From contig JBKGZT010000053.1 in assembly GCA_046543235.1 (NCBI GenBank), positions 1 through 7,929 of the forward strand: a stretch of 7,929 bases of DNA, in the 5' to 3' direction. The DNA comes from Candidatus Acetothermia bacterium. GTDB lineage: Bacteria; Bipolaricaulota; Bipolaricaulia; M55B111. A model generated the notes under the pieces. The model worked only from the letters and a program-made list of their open reading frames with translations, had not been told where the DNA came from and did no database searches. Both the position numbers and the translations under genes were made by a program. Below are positions 1 through 6,286 of this stretch, piece after piece. Position 1 is the first letter of the stretch; each line of letters opens with the position of its first letter.

Positions 1-26
1 CCCCCTTCAGGCAGGGCCGAAGGGGG
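1..26 (-). terminator. GC-rich hairpin downstream of the PKD lipoprotein gene; probable intrinsic terminator, possibly cut by the window edge
   Basis: CCCCCTTC (1-8) pairs with GAAGGGGG (19-26), plus inner GGC/GCC (10-12/16-18). It lies about 55 nt past the minus-strand stop at 81. Any minus-strand U-tract would fall outside the window. Confidence 0.55.
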
Positions 27-80
27 TTACGAATAGATTTCCAAGAAAATCTATACTCCTACCAGCACCTGAACTCTCGA

Positions 81-725
81 CTAGGTAGTACTTGAATCGG
101 TTTGGACTTCCAGAGTTTGACCACTAATAGAAACGTCGCCAGAGGCGTTTTCAATCGTTAATTGGACGGTGTAATCTCCCGGATCATCGTAAGTATGTGT
201 ATCGGTTTCACCACTCCCCGTGCCTTCACCTTCCCCGAAGTCCCATTCGTAACTATCGATATCGCCAGTGGAATCAGAAGCGTCGAATTCGACTTCATCA
301 CCCTCCGTCGCCGGGTCCGGACTCATAGTGAATTCCGCATCCAACTCGGTCTCTTCAACCTCGACCGTTGCAGTTGTAGAATCGGTTGCACCGTCATCGT
401 CCGTCACCGTCAAGGTCACGGTGTAGGTGCCCGCTGTTTCGTAGGTATAAGTCGGGTTTTTCTGTGTACTGGTTGCATCTTCCGATTTGTTTGTTTTAAA
501 GTCCCATTCATATGTCTCTATGTCCCCGTCCGGATCCTCAGAGTTCTCACCGTAAAAGTTTATGGTCGTGCCGACTGCCACGCCGGATGATATCTCGGGT
601 GTCGTCGAAATCTTCGCTTCCGGATCCTGGTTGATAAAGCCACAACCCGTCAAAAGAAAGGTCAGGCCAAGAATCAGAACCGACAACAGACCTAAAGAAA
701 CGGCATTACGCGTAAACTTTGACAC
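81..725 (-). CDS. Lipoprotein with two tandem PKD (Ig-like) domains, highly acidic, 214 aa
   Basis: GTG start with GGAGG (733-737, minus strand) 7 nt upstream. Basic N-region, hydrophobic stretch and lipobox LTG|C at Cys28. Two PKD signatures: YEWDF...TYTYETAGTYTVTLTVTDDDG and YEWDFGEG...HTYDDPGDYTVQLTIEN. Confidence 0.9.
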   Translation of the reverse strand: MSKFTRNAVSLGLLSVLILGLTFLLTGCGFINQDPEAKISTTPEISSGVAVGTTINFYGENSEDPDGDIETYEWDFKTNKSEDATSTQKNPTYTYETAGTYTVTLTVTDDDGATDSTTATVEVEETELDAEFTMSPDPATEGDEVEFDASDSTGDIDSYEWDFGEGEGTGSGETDTHTYDDPGDYTVQLTIENASGDVSISGQTLEVQTDSSTT

Positions 726-774
726 TATTTCGCCTCCCGGTCGAAAATTATTTTCATTTATATCCTAACCCCGA

Positions 775-806
775 ATTATATTACAATTTCACCTAGTAGC
801 TGCCAG
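775..806 (-). promoter_or_regulatory. Putative sigma70-type promoter for the PKD lipoprotein gene
   Basis: Perfect TATAAT on the minus strand at 775-780, but its 17-nt-spaced -35 is poor. An overlapping TAATAT (778-783) has CTGGCA (801-806) at 17 nt spacing. Confidence 0.4.
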
Positions 807-1137
807 GGTACTGGTTCGTTCCGAGCATACCGCTTTAATACTCCTAGCCCATTTTAAGAGGAACCCAAAGGACTATTAAGGTCATACGGCACCTGTAAGG
901 ATTACATCCGTCCCGTTACCACCTGGTAAATTCCCACCAACGCGAAATGTGCAAAATTCACTCAATAGAACTTTTGTCCTAACACTGGGATAATTATTTT
1001 AAAGGCGATAGACAACGGCGTCAATTATTTGGACGGGAAGACTTTTGTCACCCGAAGTTAACCGGAAAATTTGAATAATCACTTTTACGTATTTGTGCAT
1101 TTTGACTGGTAATAAACCAGCCATCCGGGGCGTTTTA

Positions 1138-1166
1138 TTGACTCGGCTTCGGATAGTCGCTATCAT
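1138..1166 (+). promoter_or_regulatory. Putative sigma70-type promoter of the lpt-like operon
   Basis: TTGACT (1138-1143), exactly 17 nt spacer, TATCAT (1161-1166). Each box is 5/6 consensus. It lies about 60 nt upstream of the TTG start, with SD GGAGGA at 1215-1220. Confidence 0.7.
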
Positions 1167-1225
1167 CGTGATCGGCGCTTACAGGAGAATCAAGTTTTCT
1201 TTGGACCGACAACCGGAGGAAGAAT

Positions 1226-2044
1226 TTGCCTTCAATGAAACCCGGACAGAAATTGCCATTTAAAATACTGGTTTTATCCATGCTCGGAACGTGCCTTCTG
1301 TTCTCTCCCCCAGCCGTTCAGGCCAAAGAACCGGGAACCGTTATGGAAGATTTCACCCTGTATGGCTACGGCGAGGACGAAGGGGAGCTTTCCTGGGAAC
1401 TCTCCGGGGAAAGAGGGGAACAGCAAAGCGACGGCCTTGTGGTTTTCGGATTCCAGCTCAAACTGAAGAGATCGGACGAGCTGGTTTCCCTGCTATCCGG
1501 GGAAAAGCTCAGGCTGGATGCAAGCGGGGAAGAAAAGGTTGCACATGTACCCGGCCGGGCGGAACTTAAAATCGGTGATCAATTGAAGGGAACGGCGAAC
1601 GAAATCAGTTATTACTTTTCCGGGGGGCGATTGACGGGGGAAGACCTTTCATTAACGGAAACTAGGGAATCCGGAAAAGTAACCTTGGAGGGAACCGGGT
1701 TTTCCTACGACTACAAAACGGAAGAAATCAACGTAAGCGAGGGTTTCAAATTGATCGGTCACGACTCTAACGGAGACCGAACCGAGATCTCGGGCGGGGA
1801 GCTGACCTGGCCGCCGGAGGGGAGGATCGAGATGGTCGGGGAGGTCGAGGCGACGCTTGCCTCCGGCTGGAAACTCGAGGCCGACAGGATGGTCTGGGAC
1901 CCGGAGGAGAGCCTGCTGGAAAGCAGCGGTTCGGCCAGCGCGGCCCGGGAGGGAACGGAGATAAGCGGTACCGCCATAAATTACGGAGGAGAAGAAGAGA
2001 AGATCGACGCGGTAGACGGTCTAATGGTAATCGAGGACGATTAA
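1226..2044 (+). CDS. Exported beta-jellyroll (LptC/LptA/OstA-like) lipid-bridge protein, 272 aa
   Basis: TTG start after GGAGGA (alternative ATG at 1235). Hydrophobic N-terminus ends in AVQA. LptC-like 'FTLYGYGEDEGELSWELSGERG' is followed by repeated jellyroll-type strands (ISGGELTW, GEVEATLASGWKLEADRMVWD, ISGTAINY). It lies immediately upstream of lptB. Confidence 0.7.
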   Translation: MPSMKPGQKLPFKILVLSMLGTCLLFSPPAVQAKEPGTVMEDFTLYGYGEDEGELSWELSGERGEQQSDGLVVFGFQLKLKRSDELVSLLSGEKLRLDASGEEKVAHVPGRAELKIGDQLKGTANEISYYFSGGRLTGEDLSLTETRESGKVTLEGTGFSYDYKTEEINVSEGFKLIGHDSNGDRTEISGGELTWPPEGRIEMVGEVEATLASGWKLEADRMVWDPEESLLESSGSASAAREGTEISGTAINYGGEEEKIDAVDGLMVIEDD

Positions 2045-2045
2045 A

Positions 2046-2753
2046 GTGCTTCGAGCGCAGGGACTGATCAAGTACTACGGTTCCGAGGAGGTGCTGGCGG
2101 GGGTCGACCTCGCCCTGGAGCGTGAGGAGATCCGCGGCTTCCTCGGTCCGAACGGGGCCGGCAAGACGACGACCTTTAAAGTACTGGCAGGAGCGGAAGG
2201 GTACAGTCAGGGGACCATCCGGCTGGACGGACGGAAGCTGGACGGCCTGCCGATTCACCTCCGCGCTAGGCGGGGGCTAACGTTTCTGCCGCAGGAGACG
2301 TCGCTCTTCCGTGGCCTGACGGCCCGGGAGAACGTCGAGGTCTACCTGAAAGGTCCCAGAGCCGACGCGGCCGACTCCGAAAGGGACGTCGAGCGTGCCC
2401 TGGAACGGCTAAACTCCCGCGAACTGGGGGACAGGAAGGCCTCCAAACTCTCCTCCGGTCAGGGTCGGAAAATAGAAATAGCAAGGGCGCTGGCCCTGTC
2501 GCCAAGTTACCTCCTGCTCGATGAACCGTTCTCCGATCTCGACCCCCGTTCCGTGGCGGAGATCAAGGAGATCCTCGTCTCACTGACGGAAGAAGAAGGG
2601 GTAGGAATCATGATTTCCGACCACCGGGCCAGGGAGGCGCTGTCGATAACGGATCACAACTACCTGATAAAGGCGGGCCGGATCATTGCGGAGGGCGACT
2701 CGGAGGAGATCACCGGATCCGAAGTGGCCCGAGAATCCTACTTCGTCAACTGA
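2046..2753 (+). CDS. lptB: LPS-export-type ABC transporter ATPase LptB, 235 aa
   Basis: Walker A GPNGAGKTT, Q-loop and groove LPQETSLFRGLTARENV, EIARALA, Walker B LLLDEPF, switch ISDH. 'LPIHLRARRGL' resembles the LptB family. It lies between jellyroll and LptF/G genes. The GTG start is 1 nt after the upstream TAA. Confidence 0.88.
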   Translation: MLRAQGLIKYYGSEEVLAGVDLALEREEIRGFLGPNGAGKTTTFKVLAGAEGYSQGTIRLDGRKLDGLPIHLRARRGLTFLPQETSLFRGLTARENVEVYLKGPRADAADSERDVERALERLNSRELGDRKASKLSSGQGRKIEIARALALSPSYLLLDEPFSDLDPRSVAEIKEILVSLTEEEGVGIMISDHRAREALSITDHNYLIKAGRIIAEGDSEEITGSEVARESYFVN

Positions 2754-2807
2754 TTGAACCCAAAAAACCGACTTGCGCAAGCCGTCCGGGCCGGAGGGTG
2801 GAAAAAC

Positions 2808-3953
2808 ATGAAGAGATATGTATCCAGACAGGTTGTCGCGCTATTCCTGATCGCCCTGTTCGGGTTGATCCTGTTTACCTCACTGACTCTGGCGGTCCAG
2901 CTGTCGGATCTAATTCTGGACAGGAGCGAATCCTTTCTGACAGTTTTCAAGCTGCTGAGCCTGAAGATACCCGAGTTTATGGGGTTTGCCCTGCCGATTT
3001 CCCTGGTGGTCTCGACCTTTATCGTCCTGGCCCGGATGATGAACAACGGGGAGATTCTGGCTTTCCAGCTCGGCGGCTACTCGCTCAAACACCTTGCCTT
3101 CCCGATCCTGCTGATCGGCCTGGGCGTCAGCCTGGCGGCCTTCGGCATGAACAACTACCTCGTACCCTGGTCGAACTACCAGTACAGAAAGGAGATATAC
3201 AGAATCACCACGGAGAGCCCTCTTCCCAGCGTCCAGTCCGACGTCTTCTTCAAAGACCCGAGCGGCCGGACCATATACGTCGGCCGGTACCTGGAAGAAG
3301 AGGGGATGATCGAGGACGTGCTGATCTTCAATTCCGCCGGCCTGGATCTTCCGGGTTTGGAGCTGGACGACAACTATCCGGAGCTTCTTTCTAGCAAATC
3401 AGGGAGGTTGACGGAAGAGGGATGGAAGCTAGAGAGTGGTCAGCTAATCGGCCTAAACGAGGGAGGAGAAGTAGATTACACTATGGGGTTCGAGGAGCTG
3501 GAAGTCGATATCGCCGCTGCCGTCGAGGACCTGGTGTTTAGTTCGCGGAAAACGGAGGAGATGGGGCTGGTCGAACTCTGGAACCGAGCCCGGACAGCCG
3601 AAAAGGCCGGACGGTCGACGACGCAGTTCAGGTTCGCGCTCCACTCCCGGTTCTCCCAGCCACTTGCGGGGTTGGTCTTCGTCCTGTTCAGCGCACCGCT
3701 GAGTCTGATTCTGCGACACCGCAGCCGGGCGGTCGGGATACTACTGGCGCTGCTATCGGTCGGCGGTTACCAGGGCGTACTGCTCTGGGGCCAGACTGTC
3801 GTCCGTCAGAACGCCCTCCAGCCCTACCTCGGCGCCTGGTTGCCGGACATGATCTTTGGCGGGGTCGGGCTACTTCTCTTCCTGGCGCTGGATAGAACAG
3901 GGGGTTTCGCTTTTCTCACGCGGCCCTTTAAAAGAATCGATCCCTGGAGCTAA
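2808..3953 (+). CDS. LptF/LptG (YjgP/YjgQ) family permease, 381 aa from ATG 2808 (ORF track start 2754 is probably too early)
   Basis: N-terminus MKRYVSRQ and three TMs with coupling helix LARMMNNGEILAFQLGGYS. A periplasmic beta domain (IYVGR...IEDVLIF...WKLESG) is followed by three more TMs (HSRFSQPLA...APL; PYLGAWLPDMIFG). GGAGGGTGG (2793-2801) precedes ATG 2808. LptF versus LptG cannot be resolved. Confidence 0.9.
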   Translation: MKRYVSRQVVALFLIALFGLILFTSLTLAVQLSDLILDRSESFLTVFKLLSLKIPEFMGFALPISLVVSTFIVLARMMNNGEILAFQLGGYSLKHLAFPILLIGLGVSLAAFGMNNYLVPWSNYQYRKEIYRITTESPLPSVQSDVFFKDPSGRTIYVGRYLEEEGMIEDVLIFNSAGLDLPGLELDDNYPELLSSKSGRLTEEGWKLESGQLIGLNEGGEVDYTMGFEELEVDIAAAVEDLVFSSRKTEEMGLVELWNRARTAEKAGRSTTQFRFALHSRFSQPLAGLVFVLFSAPLSLILRHRSRAVGILLALLSVGGYQGVLLWGQTVVRQNALQPYLGAWLPDMIFGGVGLLLFLALDRTGGFAFLTRPFKRIDPWS

Positions 3954-3955
3954 AA

Positions 3956-6274
3956 GTGCTTTACCTACGTGATAACGGGCCACTTTTTCTGTTTTGCTTT
4001 GTTTTAATTCTGGTTGTATTTCTTTTTTCGGCAAGACCCGTCGGGAAAACGGTAATCGAAGCCGATCGACTGGAGGTCACTTCCAAAAAAACCCTCGCTA
4101 GCGGGGACGCAAAGCTAACCCGGAATGAATTCTCACTGAGTTCTGACCTCATAGAGATTCGGAGAAGAGAGAACGCCGACCACCTCAGTGCCCGCGGAGA
4201 TATAGTGCTGACAAGCGGTGATCTCGAGATCAGTGCCGAGACCCTCTCCGCAATCCTGGGGGAGGGTGAATCGAGCGAAATCCTGGAGATTACCCTCATC
4301 CAAGGCAATGGAGAAACCGACTCGTTCCGTTTCAGCGGGGAAGAAGTTAAACTCAAGCTGGACGAAGGAAATCTGGACGAGTTAAATCTGCGGAAGGGGG
4401 CCGAGCTGGAGTTCGGCGAGGACTCCGCCCTGTCCGGCAGGGAGATTTCAATCGTAGCGAGCAAATCCGACTGGAAGCTGGAGGCAAGCGGAGACCTGGA
4501 ATATAAAGCCGGAGATACGGAGCTGCTGACCTCCGGGATGAAGGGGAAAATAGTATCAAGCGGGGAAACTGGCGAGACCCGATTGACCGATCTCGAAGCC
4601 GAAAACCCTTCCGGGGAAATCGGTTTGAACGGTAGGTCGGTCGAAGCGGGGAAACTCCGTTTTTCCGGGGAAACCGCGTCCTTCGGGTTGGAAGGAGACT
4701 CCCGACTGGGCGGCGTCGACTTCACGAACGGAAGCTTCACGACCTGCGAAGGATGTGAATGTGGATCCGGATGCGCTTACTCCATCAGTTCCGACCGAAC
4801 GTCCGTAGCGAACGGCAAATTTGTCCTGGCCCGGTCGGCCCAAATCAGCTCCTTCGGCCTCCCGGTCTGGAGGGCACCGCTCTACTTCGTCCCGCTCAAG
4901 GATTACGGATTGCCAGAACGTTCCTATTTTCCGCGTATAGGGTTTTCATCGAAGGGCGGCTTTTCGTTCAACGGAGCGGCACCGCTTTTCGTAAACGAAA
5001 ACAACTTCGGGAATATCAGGGCCGACTTTTCGACCCGGACGAAATGGGTAGGAGCCGGGCTCGACTTCTACTCCGGCGGCGAGTATTTAAACGGAATCGG
5101 GGAGTTCTACGGCCTCTACAGATCTACGGGCCCAAATTACTTTTCGGCTGATACCTTCTTCGAAATTCCTATCTCGGAATGGCTTGGCCTGAACGCCGAT
5201 CTGGATTATCGAAAGGGCCCCTACCGAGGAACGGATTACGACGGGAACGAGTGGAGCTTCAACCTTGAGGCCACGGAACCCGGACCGGGATGGGAGCTGG
5301 CGGCCGTCCGGGAGGAGACGAAAGAAAAAAACGGGACAAGGGTGGTGGAAAGATTACCTGAACTATCGATCAACTGGGGTGAACCGCTCGGATTGCTCCC
5401 CTTCAAAAACGAACTCAGGGCCGATCTCGGGTACTACAGGGAACGGCTGCGAGGGGATTCAAACGGTCTTTCCGCGGGGAGAGCGGGGTTCGACTGGTCC
5501 TTCTCCACGGACATCTCTCCAATTGACGGTTTCAGCATACCTCTCAGCGGTAAAGGAAGAATCGACCAGTACTTCAATCCGGTAAGCGGTGATTTTGAGA
5601 CGAGGGGCCGGGAAAGCCTGACTCCCGGGCTGAGGCTTGAGGGTCCAGGTACTCTGGAGCTGACGTTTGACCACACGGCAAAAACGGGAAAATCTCCATT
5701 CGAGTTCGATAGCGTCAATTCAAGGAATAAGCTAAATTTCGACTACAGCGGCAGCCAGTACGGGATAGAACAGAACCTGAGCCTCCAGTATTTCTTCCCT
5801 CCGGGCGACGGGTTTTCGGACCTAAAATACGAGGCCGGCTTTGGCAGAGGAGGCCTGGACCAGGATCTCGCTCTTGAGTACTCTCTGTCGGAAAGGGAAC
5901 TTAAATCAATCGGTACGACTACCTTTTATTCATTGAACGATTTCGTCCTTGAATTATCGACAGGCTACGACTTTACGACGGAGACGATAGTCAAATCGGG
6001 TCTCGGTTTTGGTTTTCACCGCGGAGAAAACGATTTGGAGTTTCAACTGACCGGAAAACCCTTCCAGACATGGCTGAAAGATTTTTCTGCCGACATTGAT
6101 CTCGAGATATTTGATGGCTGGTCGCTCGGGCTGAGCGGCAAGTACGACCTGGTTGATGGAAACCTTTCCGAACTTTCTTACTCCGCATATAACACTATCC
6201 AGAACTGCCTGAAAGTTGGAATAAGCGGGGATGATACTGGTCTCTGGTTTGACGTCCAGGTCGTTGGGTTTTGA
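3956..6274 (+). CDS. lptD: LptD-like outer-membrane lipid assembly protein (N-terminal jellyroll plus C-terminal beta-barrel), 772 aa
   Basis: N-terminal signal peptide and OstA-like repeats (IEADRL, ASGDAKL, ARGDIVL, ASGDLEY). LptD-type FTTC motif, GLPVWRAPLYFVPL...FPRIGFSSKGG at the barrel entry, amphipathic beta-strands, SPFEFD, a late Cys (QNC) and C-terminal beta-signal WFDVQVVGF. Confidence 0.8.
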   Translation: MLYLRDNGPLFLFCFVLILVVFLFSARPVGKTVIEADRLEVTSKKTLASGDAKLTRNEFSLSSDLIEIRRRENADHLSARGDIVLTSGDLEISAETLSAILGEGESSEILEITLIQGNGETDSFRFSGEEVKLKLDEGNLDELNLRKGAELEFGEDSALSGREISIVASKSDWKLEASGDLEYKAGDTELLTSGMKGKIVSSGETGETRLTDLEAENPSGEIGLNGRSVEAGKLRFSGETASFGLEGDSRLGGVDFTNGSFTTCEGCECGSGCAYSISSDRTSVANGKFVLARSAQISSFGLPVWRAPLYFVPLKDYGLPERSYFPRIGFSSKGGFSFNGAAPLFVNENNFGNIRADFSTRTKWVGAGLDFYSGGEYLNGIGEFYGLYRSTGPNYFSADTFFEIPISEWLGLNADLDYRKGPYRGTDYDGNEWSFNLEATEPGPGWELAAVREETKEKNGTRVVERLPELSINWGEPLGLLPFKNELRADLGYYRERLRGDSNGLSAGRAGFDWSFSTDISPIDGFSIPLSGKGRIDQYFNPVSGDFETRGRESLTPGLRLEGPGTLELTFDHTAKTGKSPFEFDSVNSRNKLNFDYSGSQYGIEQNLSLQYFFPPGDGFSDLKYEAGFGRGGLDQDLALEYSLSERELKSIGTTTFYSLNDFVLELSTGYDFTTETIVKSGLGFGFHRGENDLEFQLTGKPFQTWLKDFSADIDLEIFDGWSLGLSGKYDLVDGNLSELSYSAYNTIQNCLKVGISGDDTGLWFDVQVVGF

Positions 6275-6286
6275 ATAGACCATTCG

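Noticed and set aside
162..768. Plus-strand ORFs 162-590 and 562-768
   Set aside because: They are antisense to a well-supported PKD lipoprotein gene and have no recognisable features.
947..962. Rex/CRP-like site TGTGCAAAATTCAC
   Set aside because: The half-site spacing is one base short of the TGTG-N8-CAC pattern and the flanks match poorly.
985..1078. Replication origin in the AT-rich spacer
   Set aside because: There is only one imperfect DnaA-box-like 9-mer (TTTGAATAA, 1070-1078), no box cluster and no origin-associated genes.
892..1185. Long-range complement CCTGTAAG (892-899) / CTTACAGG (1178-1185) as element ends or an RNA stem
   Set aside because: It is only 8 bp, with no evident target-site duplication or transposase, and is compatible with chance.
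2754..2807. TTG 2754 as the permease start
   Set aside because: ATG 2808 has an SD and gives the family-typical 'KRY' N-terminus. The 18 extra residues look non-homologous. Not fully excluded.
1291..3719. Alternate-frame and antisense ORFs within the bridge, lptB and permease genes (e.g. 2798-3394, 1767-2258)
   Set aside because: They are Arg/Pro-rich products typical of off-frame reading in GC-rich DNA and overlap genes with clear family motifs.
3961..4740. 259 aa minus-strand ORF
   Set aside because: It is antisense to the LptD-like gene, Ser/Pro-rich and has no motifs. This is the expected shadow of an acidic, Gly-rich coding strand.
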